A stretch of DNA of 64,000 nt from positions 255,750,001 to 255,814,000 of the forward strand of contig OZ024740.1 of the NCBI GenBank assembly GCA_964016885.1. The letters are read 5' to 3'. Positions within the stretch are counted from its first letter, which is position 1; every line of letters starts with the position of its first letter. Shown here one piece after another: positions 21,001 to 39,000 of the stretch. Source of the stretch: Eledone cirrhosa (lineage: Eukaryota). The notes under the pieces were generated by a model. It worked only from the letters and a program-made list of their open reading frames with translations. It searched no databases and was not told the origin of the DNA. Position numbers and translations under genes: made by a program.

Positions 21001-24000
21001 ATAGACATACATATACATTAACACACAGACATAGACATACATTAACACATGGACATAGACATACATTAACACATGGACACAGACATACATTAACACATGG
21101 ACATAGACATACATTAACACATGGACACAGACATACATTAACACATGTACATAGACATACATTAACACATGTACATAGACATATATTAACACATGTACAT
21201 AGACATACATTAACACATGGACATAGACACACATTAACACATGGACATAGATATACATTAACACATGGACACAGACATATATTGACACATGGACATAGAT
21301 ATACATTAACACATGTACATAGACATACATTAACACATGGACATAGACATACATTAACACATGTACATAGATATATATTAATACATGGACGTAGAGATAC
21401 ATTAACACATGGACACAGACATACATTAACACATGGACATAGATATACATTAACACATGGACATAGACATACATTAACACATGGACATAGATATACATTA
21501 CCACATGGACACAGACATACATTAACACATGGACATTGACATACATTAACACATGGACATAGATATACATTAACACATGGACATACATATACATTAACAC
21601 CTGGACATAGACATACATTAACACATGGAAACAGACATACATTAACACATGGACATAGGCATAGATTAACACATGGACACAGACATACATTAACACATGG
21701 ACACAGACATACATTAACAAATGGACATAGACATACATTAACACATGGACACAGTCATACACTAACACATAGACATTGACATACATTAACACATGTACAT
21801 AGATATACATTAACACATAGACATAGATATACATTAACACATGGACATAGACATACATTAACACATGTACATAGACATACATTAACACATAAACATACAT
21901 ATACATTAACACATGGACACAGACATACATTAACACATGGACATAGACATACATTAACAAATGTACATAGAGATACATTAATACGTGGACATAGACATAC
22001 ATTAACACATGTACATTGACATACATTAACACATGTACATATACATATATTAACACATGTACATGGATATAATTTAACACATGTACATAGACATACATTA
22101 ACACATGGACACAGACATACATTAACACATGGACACAGACATACATTAACACATGGACATAGACATACATTAACACATGGACATAGACATACATTAACAG
22201 ATGTACATAGACATACATTAACACATGGACACAGTCATACACTAACACATGGACATTGACATACGTTAACACATGGATATAAATATACATTAACACATGG
22301 ACATACATATACATTAACACATGGACATAGACATACATTAACACATGGACATAGATATACACTAACACATTAACATAGACATACATTAACACATGTACAT
22401 AGATATACATTAACACATAGACATAGATATACATTAACACATGAACATAGACATACATTAACACATGTACATAGACATACATTAACACATGGACATAGAT
22501 ATACACTGACACATTGACATAGACATACATTAACACATGTACATAGATATACATTAACACATAGACATAGATATACATTAACACATGGACATAGACATAC
22601 TAACACATGTACATAGACATACATTAACACATAGACATACATATACATTAACACATGTACATAGATATGCATTAACACATAGACATAGATATACATTAAT
22701 ACATGGACATAGACATACATTAACACATGTACATAGATATATATTAACACATGGACATAGACATACATTAACACATGTACATAGATATTCATTAACACAT
22801 AGACATACATATACATTAACCCCTGTACATAGATATGAATTAACACATAGACATAAATATACATTAACACATGGACATAGACATACATTAACACATGGAG
22901 ATAAATATACATGAACACATAGACATACATATACATTAACACATGTACATAGATATACATTAACACATGGACATAGACATACATTAACACATGGACATAG
23001 ACATACATTTACACATGGACATAGACATACATTAACACATGGAGATAGATATACATGAACACATAGACATACATATACATTAACACATGTACATAGATAT
23101 ACATTAACACATAGACATAGATATACATTAACACATAGACATATATATACATTAACACATGTACATAGATATACATTAAAACATGGACATAGACATACAT
23201 TAACACATGGACATATACATACATTAACACATGGACACAGACATACATTAACACATGGACATAGACATACATTAACACATGGACACAGACATACATTAAC
23301 ACATAGACATAGACATACATTAACACATGGAGATAGATATACATGAACACATGGGCATAGATATACATTAACACATGTACATAGACATACATTAACACTT
23401 GGACATAGACATACATTAACACATGGAGATAGATATACATGAACACATAGACATACATATACATTAACACACAGACATAGACATACATTAACACATAGAC
23501 ATAGACATACATTAACACATGGACACAGACATACATTAACACATGGACATAGACATACATTAACACATGGACACAGACATACATTAACACATAGACATAG
23601 ACATACATTAACACATGTACATAGACATATATTAACACATGTACATAGACATACATTAACACATGGACATAGACATACATTAACACATGTACATAGACAT
23701 ACATTAATACATGGACGTAGAGATACATTAACACATGGACACAGACATACATTAACACATGGACATTGACATACATTAACACATGGACATAGATATACAT
23801 TAACACATGGACATACAAATACATTAACACATGGATATAGACATACATTAACACATGGAAACAGACATACATTAACACATGGACATAGACATACATTAAC
23901 ACATGGACATAGACATACATTAACACATGGACATAGACATAGATTAACACATGGACACAGACATACATTAACACATGGACACAGACATACATTAACAAAT

Positions 24001-27000
24001 GGACATAGACATACATTAACACATGGACACAGTCATACACTAACACATAGACATTTACATACATTAACACATGTACATAGATATACATTAACACATAGAC
24101 ATAGATATACATTAACACATGGACATAGACATACATTAACACATGGACATAGACATAGATTAACACATGGACACAGACATACATTAACACATGGACACAG
24201 ACATACATTAAAAAATGGACATAGACATACATTAACACATGGACACAGTCATACACTAACACATAGACATTGACATACATTAACCCATGTACATAGATAT
24301 ACATTAACACATAGACATAGACATACATTAACACATGGACATAGAGATACATTAACACATGGACATAGACATACATTAATACATGTAGATAGACATACAT
24401 TAACACATGTACATAGACATGCATTAACACATGGACATAGACATACATTAACATATGTACATAGACATACATTAACACATGGACATAGACATACGTTAAC
24501 ACATGGACATAGAAATACATTAACACATGGGCATAGACATACATTAACACATGGACATAGAGATACATTAACACATGGACATAGATATACATTAATACAT
24601 GTAGATAGACATACATTAACACATGTACATAGACATGCATTAACACATGGAAATAGATATACATTAACACATGGACATAGACATACATTAACACATGAAC
24701 ATAGACATACATTAATACATGTACATAGACATACATTAACACATGGACATAGATATACACTGACACATTGACATAGACATACATTAACACATGTACATAG
24801 ATATACATTAACACATAGACATAGATATACATTAACACATAGACATATATATAAATTAACACATGTACATAGATATACATTAAAACATGGACATAGACAT
24901 AAATTAACACATGGACATAGACATACATTAACACATGGACATAGATATACATTAACACATGTACATAGACATACATTAACACATGGACATGGACATACAT
25001 TAACACATGGAGATAGATATACATGAACACATAGACATACATATACATTAACACACAGACATAGACATACATTAACACATGGACATAGACATACATTAAC
25101 ACATGGACACAGACATACATTAACACATGGACATAGACATACATTAACACATGGACACAGACATACATTAACACATGTACATAGACATACATTAACACAT
25201 GTACATAGACATATATTAACACATGTACATAGACATACATTAACACATGGACATAGACACACATTAACACATGGACATAGATATACATTAACACATGGAC
25301 ACAGACATATATTGACACATGGACATAGATATACATTAACACATGTACATAGATATATATTAATACATGGACGTAGAGTTACATTAACACATGGACACAG
25401 ACATACATTAACACATGGACATAGATATACATTAACAAATGGACATAGACATACATTAACACATGGACATAGAGATACATTACCACATGGACACAGACAT
25501 ACATTAACACATGGACATTGACATACATTAACACATGGACATAGATATACATTAACACATGGACATACATATACATTAACACATGGACATAGACATACAT
25601 TAACACATGGAAACAGACATACATTAACACATGGACATAGACATACATTAACACATGGACATAGACATACATTAACACATGGACATAGGCATAGATTAAC
25701 ACATGGACACAGACATACATTAACACATGGACACAGACATACATTAACAAATGGACATAGACATACATTAACACATGGACACAGTCATACACTAACACAT
25801 AGACATTGACATACATTAACACATGTACATAGATATACATTAACACATAGACATAGATATACATTAACACATGGACATAGACATACATTAACACATGTAC
25901 ATAGACATACATTAACACATAAACATACATATACATTAACACATGGACACAGACATACATTAACACATGGACATAGACATACATTAACAAATGTACATAG
26001 AGATACATTAATACGTGGACATAGACATACATTAACACATGTACATAGACATACATTAACACATGTACATAGACATATATTAACACATGTACATGGATAT
26101 AATTTAACACATGTACATAGACATACATTAACACATGGACACAGACATACATTAACACATGGACACAGACATACATTAACACATGGACATAGACATACAT
26201 TAACACATGGACATAGACATACATTAACAGATGTACATAGACATACGTTAACACATGGATATAGATATACATTAACACATGGACATACATATACATTAAC
26301 ACATGGACATAGACATACATTAACACATGGACATAGATATACACTAACACATTAACATAGACATACATTAACACATGTACATAGATATACATTAACACAT
26401 AGACATAGATATACATTAACACATGAACATAGACATACATTAACACATGTACATAGACATACATTAACACATGGACATAGATATACACTGACACATTGAC
26501 ATAGACATACATTAACACATGTACATAGATATACATTAACACATAGACATAGATATACATTAACACATGGACATAGACATACATTAACACATGTACATAG
26601 ACATACATTAACACATAGACATACATATACATTAACACATGTACATAGATATGCATTAACACATAGACATAGATATACATTAATACATGGACATAGACAT
26701 ACATTAACACATGTACATAGATATATATTAACACATGGACATAGACATACATTAACACATGTACATAGATATACATTAACACATAGACATACATATACAT
26801 TAACCCCTGTACATAGATATAAATTAACACATAGACATAAATATACATTAACACATGGACATAGACATACATTAACACATGGAGATAGATATACATGAAC
26901 ACATAGACATACATATACATTAACACATGTACATAGATATACATTAACACATGGACACAGACATACATTAACACATGGACATAGATATACATTAACACAT

Positions 27001-30000
27001 GGACATAGACATACATTAACACATGGACATAGAGATACATTCTAACATGGACACAGACATACATTAACACATGGACATTGACATACATTAACACATGGAC
27101 ATAGATATACATTAACACATGGACATACATATACATTAACACATGGACATAGACATACATTAACACATGGAAACAGACATACATTAACACATGGACATAG
27201 ACATACATTAACACATGGACATAGACATACATTAACACATGGACATAGACATAGATTAACACATGGACACAGACATACATTAACACATGGACACAGACAT
27301 ACATTAACAAATGGACATAGACATACATTAACACATGGACACAGTCATACACTAACACATAGACATTGACATACATTAACACATGTACATTGATATACAT
27401 TAACACATAGACATAGATATACATTAACACATGGACATAGACATACATTAACACGTGTACATAGACATACATTAACACATAAACATACATATACATTAAC
27501 ACATGGACACAGACATACATTAATACATGGAGATAGACATACATTAACAAATGTACATAGAGATACATTAATACGTGGACATAGACATACATTAACACAT
27601 GTACATAGACATATATTAACACATGTACATAGATATAATTTAACACATGTACATAGACATACATTAACACATGGACACAGACATACATTAACACATGGAC
27701 ACAGACATACATTAACACATGGACATAGACATACATTAACACATGGACATAGACATACATTAACAGATGTACATAGACATACATTAACACATGGACACAG
27801 TCATACACTAACACATGGACATTGACATACGTTAACACATGGATATATATATACATTAACACATGGACATACATATACATTAACACATGGACATAGACAT
27901 ACATTAACACATGGACATAGATATACACTAACACATTAACATAGACATACATTAACACATGTACATAGATATACATTAACACATAGACATAGATATACAT
28001 TAACACATGGACATAGACATACATTAACACATGTACATAGATATGCATTAACACATAGACATAGATATACATTAATACATGGACATAGACATACATTAAC
28101 ACATGTACATAGATATATATTAACACATGGACATAGACATACATTAACACATGTACATAGATATACATTAACACATAGACATACATATACATTAACCCCT
28201 GTACATAGATATAAATTGACACATAGACATAAATATACATTAACACATGGACATAGACATACATTAACACATGGAGATAGATATACATGAACACATAGAC
28301 ATACATATACATTAACACATGTACATAGATATACATTAACACATGGACATAGACATACATTAACACATGGACATAGACATACATTTACACATGGACATAG
28401 ACATACATTAACACATGGAGATAGATATACATCAACACCTAGACATACATATACATTAACACATGTACATAGATATACATTAACACATAGACATAGATAT
28501 ACATTAACACATAGACATATATATACATTAACACATGTACATAGATATACATTAAAACATGGACATAGACATACATTAACACATGGACATAGACATACAT
28601 TAACACATGGACACAGACATACATTAACACATGGACATAGACATACATTAACACATGGACACAGACATACATTAACACATAGACATAGACATACATTAAC
28701 ACATGGAGATAGATATACATGAACACATGGACATAGATATACATTAACACATGTACATAGACATACATTAACACTTGGACATAGACATACATTAACACAT
28801 GGAGATAGATATACATGAACACATAGACATACATATACATTAACACACAGACATAGACATACATTAACACATGGACATAGACATACATTAACACATGGAC
28901 ACAGACATACATTAACACATGGACATAGACATACATTAACACATGGACACAGACATACATTAACACATAGACATAGACATACATTAACACATGTACATAG
29001 ACATATATTAACACATGTACATAGACATACATTAACACATGGACATAGACACACATTAACACATGGACACAGATATACATTAACACATGGACACAGACAT
29101 ACATTGACACATGGACATAGATATACATTAACACATGTACATAGACATACATTAACACATGGACATAGACATACATTAACACATGTACATAGACATACAT
29201 TAATACATGGACGTAGAGATACATTAACACATGGACACAGACATACATTAACACATGGACATAGATATACATTAACACATGGACATAGACATACATTAAC
29301 ACATGGACATAGAGATACATTACCACATGGACCCAGACATACATTAACACATGGACATTGACATACATTAACACATGGACATAGATATACATTAACACAT
29401 GGACATACATATACATTAACACATGGACATAGACATACATTAACACATGGAAACAGACATACATTAACACATGGACATAGACATACATTAACACATGGAC
29501 ATAGTCATACATTAACACATGGACATAGGCATAGATTAACACATGGACACAGACATACATTAACACATGGACACAGACATACATTAACAAATGGACATAT
29601 ACATACATTAACACATGGACACAGTCATACACTAACACATATACATTGACATACATTAACACATGTACATAGATATACATTAACACATAGACATATATAT
29701 ACATTAACACATGGACATAGACATACATTAACACATGGACATAGACATAGATTAACACATGGACTCAGACATACATTAACACATGGACACAGACATACAT
29801 TAACAAATGGACATAGACATACATTAACACATGGACACAGTCATACACTAACACATAGACATTGACATACATTAACACATGTACATAGATATACATTAAC
29901 ACATAGACATAGACATACATTAACACATGGACATAGAGATACATTAACACATGGACATAGACATACATTAATACATGTAGATAGACATACATTAACACAT

Positions 30001-33000
30001 GTACATAGACATGCATTAACACATGGACATAGACATACATTAACATATGTACATAGACATACATTAACACATGGACACAGACATACATTAACACATGGAC
30101 ATAGACATACATTAACACATGGACATAGAAATACATTAACACATGGACATAGACATACATTAACACATGGACATAGAGATACATTAACACATGGACATAG
30201 ATATACATTAATACATGTAGATAGACATACATTAACACATGTACATAGACATGCATTAACACATGGACATAGATATACATTAACACATGGACATAGACAT
30301 ACATTAACACATGAACATAGACATACATTAACACATGTACATAGACATACATTAACACATGGACATAGATATACATTAACACATAGACATAGATATACAT
30401 TAACACATAGACATAGATATACATTAACACATAGACATATATATACATTAACACATGAACATAGACATACATTAACACATTGACATAGACATACATTAAC
30501 ACATGTACATAGATATACATTAACACATAGACATAGATATACATTAACACATAGACATATATATACATTAACACATGTACATAGATATACATTAAAACAT
30601 GGACATAGACATACATTAACACATGGACATAGACATACATTAACACATGGACATAGATATACATTAACACATGTACATAGACATACATTAACACATGGAC
30701 ATAGACATACATTAACACATGGAGATAGATATACATGAACACATAGACATACATATACATTAACACACAGACATAGACATACATTAACACATGGACATAG
30801 ACATACATTAACACATGGACACAGACATACATTAACACATGGACATAGACATACATTAACACATGGACACAGACATACATTAACACATGTACATAGACAT
30901 ACATTAACACATGTACATAGACATATATTAACACATGTACATAGACATACATTAACACATGGACATAGACACACATTAACACATGGACATAGATATACAT
31001 TAACACATGGACACAGTCATATATTGACACATGGACATAGATATACATTAACACATGTACATAGACATACATTAACACATGGACATAGACATACATTAAC
31101 ACATGTACATAGACATACATTAATACATGGACGTAGAGATACATTACCACATGGACACAGACATACATTAACACATGGACATAGATATACATTAACACAT
31201 GGACATATACATACATTAACACATGGACATAGGGATACATTACCACATGGACACAGACATACATTAACACATGGACATTGACATACATTAACACATGGAC
31301 ATAGATATACATTAACACATGGACATACATATACATTAACACATGGACATAGACATACATTAACACATGGAAACAGACATACATTAACACATGGACATAG
31401 ACATACATTAACACATGGACATAGACATACATTAACACATGGACATAGACATAGATTAACACATGGACACAGACATACATTAACACATGGACACAGACAT
31501 ACATTAACAAATGGACATAGACATGCATTAACACATGGACACAGTCATACACTAACACATAGACATTGACATACATTAACACATGTACATAGATATACAT
31601 TAACACATAGACATAGATATACATTAACACATGGACATAGACATACATTAACACATGTACATAGACATACATTAACACATAAACATACATATACATTAAC
31701 ACATGGACACAGACATACATTAACACATGGACATAGACATACATTAACAAATGTACATAGAGATACATTAATACGTGGACATAGACATACATTAACACAT
31801 GTACATAGACATACATTAACACATGTACATAGACATATATTAACACATGGACATTGACATACATTAACACATGGACATAGATATACATTAACACATGGAC
31901 ATACATATACATTTACACATCGACATAGACATACATTAACACATGGACCCAGACATACATTAACACATGGACATAGACATACATTAACACATTGACATAG
32001 ACATACATTAACACATGGACATAGTCATAGATTAACACATGGACGTAGATATACATTAACACATGGACATAGACATACATTAACACATGTACATAGATAT
32101 ACGTTAACACATGGACATAGACATACATTAACACATGTACATAGATATACATTAACACATAGACATACATATACTTTAATACATGTACATAGATATAAAT
32201 TAACACATAGACATAAATATACATTAACACATGGACATAGACATACATTAACACATGGAGATAGATATACATGAACACATAGACATACATATACATTAAC
32301 ACATGTACATAGATATACATTAACACATAGACATAGATATACATTAACACATGGACATAGACATTCATTAACACATGTACATAGATATACATTAACACAT
32401 GGACATAGACATACATTAACACATGGACATAGACATACATTAACACATGGACATAGACATACATTAACACATGGAGATAGATATACATGAACACATAGAC
32501 ATACATATACATTAACACACAGACATAGACATACATTAACACATGGACATAGACATACATTAACACATGGACACAGACATACATTAACACATGGACATAG
32601 ACATACATTAACACATGGACACAGACATACATTAACACATGTACATAGACATACATTAACACATGTACATAGACATATAGTAACACATGTACATAGACAT
32701 ACATTAACACATGGACATAGACACACATTAACACATGGACATAGATATACATTAACACATGGACACAGTCATATATTGACACATGGACATAGATATACAT
32801 TAACACATGTACATAGACATACATTAACACATGGACATAGACATACATTAACACATGTACATAGACATACATTAATACATGGACGTAGAGATACATTAAC
32901 ACATGGACACAGACATACATTAACACATTGACATAGATATACATTAACACATGGACATAGACATACATTAACACATGGACATAGGGATACATTACCACAT

Positions 33001-36000
33001 GGACACAGACATACATTAACACATGGACATTGACATACATTAACACATGGACATAGATATACATTAACACATGGACATACATATTCATTAACACATGGAC
33101 ATAGACATACATTAACACATGGAAACAGACATACATTAACACATGGACATAGACATACATTAACACATGGACATAGACATACATTAACACATGGACATAG
33201 ACATAGATTAACACATGGACACAGACATACATTAACACATGGACACAGACATACATTAACAAATGGACATAGACATGCATTAACACATGGACACAGTCAT
33301 ACACTAACACATAGACATTGACATACATTAACACATGTACATAGATATACATTAACACATAGACATAGATATACATTAACACATGGACATAGACATACAT
33401 TAACACATGTACATAGACATACATTAACACATAAACATACATATACATTAACACATGGACACAGACATACATTAACACATGGACATAGACATACATTAAC
33501 AAATGTACATAGAGATACATTAATACGTGGACATAGACATACATTAACACATGTACATAGACATACATTAACACATGTACATAGACATATATTAACACAT
33601 GGACATTGACATACATTAACACATGGACATAGATATACATTAACACATGGACATACATATACATTTACACATCGACATAGACATACATTAACACATGGAC
33701 CCAGACATACATTAACACATGGACATAGACATACATTAACACATTGACATAGACATACATTAACACATGGACATAGTCATAGATTAACACATGGACGTAG
33801 ATATACATTAACACATGGACATAGACATACATTAACACATGTACATAGATATACGTTAACACATGGACATAGACATACATTAACACATGTACATAGATAT
33901 ACATTAACACATAGACATACATATACTTTAATACATGTACATAGATATAAATTAACACATAGACATAAATATACATTAACACATGGACATAGACATACAT
34001 TAACACATGGAGATAGATATACATGAACACATAGACATACATATACATTAACACATGTACATAGATATACATTAACACATAGACATAGATATACATTAAC
34101 ACATGGACATAGACATTCATTAACACATGTACATAGATATACATTAACACATGGACATAGACATACATTAACACATGGACATAGACATACATTAACACAT
34201 GGACATAGACATACATTAACACATGGAGACAGATATACATGAACACATAGACATACATATACATTAACACATGTACATAGATATACATTAACACATAGAC
34301 ATCGATATACATTAACACATAGACATATATATACATTAACACATGTACATAGATATACATTAAAACATGGACATTGACATACATTAACACATGGACATAG
34401 ACATACATTAACACATGGACGTAGATATACATTAACACATGGACATAGACATACATTAACACATAGACATAGACATACATTAACACATAGACATAGACAT
34501 ACATTAACACATGGACATAGACATACATTAACACATGGACACAGACATACATTAACACATGGACATAGACATACATTAACACCTGGACACAGACATACAT
34601 TAACACATAGACATAGACATACATTAACACATGGACATAGACATACATTAACACATGTACATAGACATACATTAACACATGGACATAGACACACATTAAC
34701 ACATGGACATAGATATACATTAACGCATGGACACAGACATACATTGACACATGGACATAGATATACATTAACACATGTACATAGACATACATTAACACAT
34801 GGACATAGACATACATTAACACATGGACATAGACATACATTAATACATGGACGTAGATATACATTAACACATGGACACAGACATACATTAACACATGGAC
34901 ATAGATATACATTAACACATGGACATAGACATACATTAACACATGGACATAGAGATACATTACCACATTGACATAGACATACATTAACACATGGACATAG
35001 ACATAGATTAACACATGGACACAGACATACGTTAACACGTGGACACAGACATACATTAACAAATGGACATAGACATACATTAACACATGGACATAGACAT
35101 ACATTAACACATGGACATAGACATACATTATCACATGGACACAGACATACATTAAGACATGAACATAAACATACATTAACACAGGGACATAGACATACAT
35201 TAACACATGTACATAGACATACATTAACACATGGACAGAGACATGCATTAACACATGGACACAGACATACATTAACACATGTACATAGACATACATTAAC
35301 ACATGGACATAGTCATACATTAACAGATGTACATAGACATACATTAACACATGGACACAGTCATACACTAACACATGGACATTGACATACATTAACACAT
35401 GTACAGAGATATACATTAACACATAGACATAGATATACATTAACACATGGGCATAGATATACATTAACACATAGACATACATATACATTAACACATGTAC
35501 ATAGATATACATTAACACATAGACATAGATATACATTAACACATAGATATAGATATACATTAACACATGGACATAGACATACATTAACACATGTACATAG
35601 ACATACATTAACACATAAACATACATATACATTAACACATGTACATAGATATACATTAACACATAGACATAGATATACATTAACACATAGATATAGATAT
35701 ACATTAACACATGGACATAGACATACATTAACACATGTACATAGACATACATTAACACATAAACATACATATACATTAACACATGTACATAGATATACAT
35801 TAATACATAGACATAGATATACATTAACACATGGACATAGACATACATTAACACATGTACATAGATATACATAAACACATGGACATAGACATACATTAAC
35901 ACATGTACATAGATATACATTAACACATAGACATACATATACATTAACACATGTACATAGATATAAATTAACACATAGACATAAATATACATTACCACAT

Positions 36001-39000
36001 GGACATAGACATACATTAACACATGGAGATAGATATACATGAACACATAGACATACATATACATTAACACATGTACATAGATATACAATAACACATAGAC
36101 ATAGATATACATTAACACATGGACATAGACATACATTAACACATGTACATAGATATACATTAACACATGGACATAGACATACATTAACACATGGACATAG
36201 ACATACATTAACACCTGGACATAGACATACATTAACACATGGAGATAGATATACATGAACACATAGACATACATATACATTAACACATGTACATAGACAT
36301 ACATTAACACATGGACATAGACACACATTAACACATGGACATAGATATACATTAACACATAGACATATATATACATTAACACATGCACATAGATATACAT
36401 TAAAACATGGACATAGACATACATTAACACATTGACATAGACATACATTAACGAATGGACATAGATATACATTAACACGTGTACATAGACATACATTAAC
36501 ACATGGACATAGACATACATTAACACATGGACACAGACATACATTAACACATGGACATAGACATACATTAACACATGGACACAGACATACATTAACACAT
36601 AGACATAGACATACATTAACACATGGACATAGACATACATTAACACATGTACATAGACATACATTAACACATGGACATAGACACACATTAACACATGGAC
36701 ATATATATACATTAACACATGGACACATACATACATTGACACATGGACATAGATATACATTAACACATGTACATAGACATACATTAACACATGGACATAG
36801 ACATACATTAACACATGAACATAGAGATACATTAATACATGGACGTAGATATACATTAACACATGGACACAGACATTCATTAACACATGGACATAGATAT
36901 ACATTAACACATGGACATAGACATACATTAACACATGGACATAGAGATACATTACTACATGGCTACAGACATACATTAACACATGGACATTGACATACAT
37001 TAACACATGGACATAGATATACATTAACACATGGACATACATATACATTTACACATCGACATAGACATACATTAACACATGGACACAGACATACATTAAC
37101 ACATGGACATAGACATACATTAACACTTTGACATAGACATACATTAACACATGGACATAGTCATAGATTAACACATGGACACAGACATACATTAACACGT
37201 GGACACAGACATACATTAACAAATGGACATAGACATACATTAACACATGGACATAGACATACATTAACACATGGACACAGACATACATTAAGACATGAAC
37301 ATAGACATACATTAACACATGGACATAGACATACATTAACACATGTACATAGACATACATTAACACATGTACATAGAGATACATTAACACGTGGACATAG
37401 ACATACATTAACACATGTACATAGATATACATTAACACATGTACATAGACATATATTAACACATGTACATAGACATAAATTAACACATGTACATAGACAT
37501 ACATTAACACATGGACACAGACATACATTAACACATGGACACAGACATACATTAACACATGTACATAGACATACATTAACACATGGACATAGACATACAC
37601 TAACAGATGTACATAGACATACATTAACACATGGACATAGACACACATTAACACATGGACATAGATATACATTAACACATGGACACAGACATACATTGAC
37701 ACATGGACATAGATATACATTAACACATGTACATAGACATACATTAACACATGGACATAGACATACATTAACACATGGACATAGACATACATTAACACAT
37801 GGACATAGACATACATTAACACATGGACATAGAGATACATTACCACATTGACATAGACATACATTAACACATGGACATAGACATACATTAACGCATGGAG
37901 ACAGACATACGTTAACACGTGGACACAGACATACATTAACAAATGGACATAGACATACATTAACACATGGACATAGACATACATTAACACATGGACATAG
38001 ACATACATTAACACATGGACACAGACATACATTAAGACATGAACATAAACATACATTAACACATGGACATAGACATACATTAACACATGTACATAGACAT
38101 TCATTAACGCATGTACATAGAGATACATTAACACGTGGACATAGACATACATTAACACATGTACATAGATATACATTAACACATGTACATAGACATATAT
38201 TAACATATGTACATAGACATAAATTAACACATGTACATAGACATACATTAACACATGGACACAGACATACATTAACACATGGACACAGACATACATTAAC
38301 ACATGTACATAGACATACATTAACACATGGACATAGTCATACATTAACAGATGTACATAGACATACATTAACACATGGACACAGTCATACACTAACACAT
38401 GGACATTGACATACATTAACACATGTACATAGATATACATTAACACATAGACATAGATATACATTAACACATGGGCATAGACATACATTAACACATGTAC
38501 ATAGACATACATTAACACATAAACATACATATACATTAACACATGTACATAGATATACATTAACACATAGACATAGATATACATTAACACATAGACATAG
38601 ATATACATTAACACATGGACATAGACATACATTAACACATGTACATAGACATACATTAACACATAAACATACATATACATTAACACACGTACATAGATAT
38701 ACATTAATACATAGACATAGATATACATTAACACATGGACATAGACATACATTAACACATGTACATAGATATACATAAACACATGGACATAGACATACAT
38801 TAACACATGTACATAGATATACATTAACACATAGACATACATATACATTAACACATGTACATAGATATAAATTAACACATAGACATAAATATATATTAAC
38901 ACATGGACATAGACATACATTAACACATGGAGATAGATATACATGAACACATAGACATACATATACATTAACACATGTACATAGATATACAATAACACAT

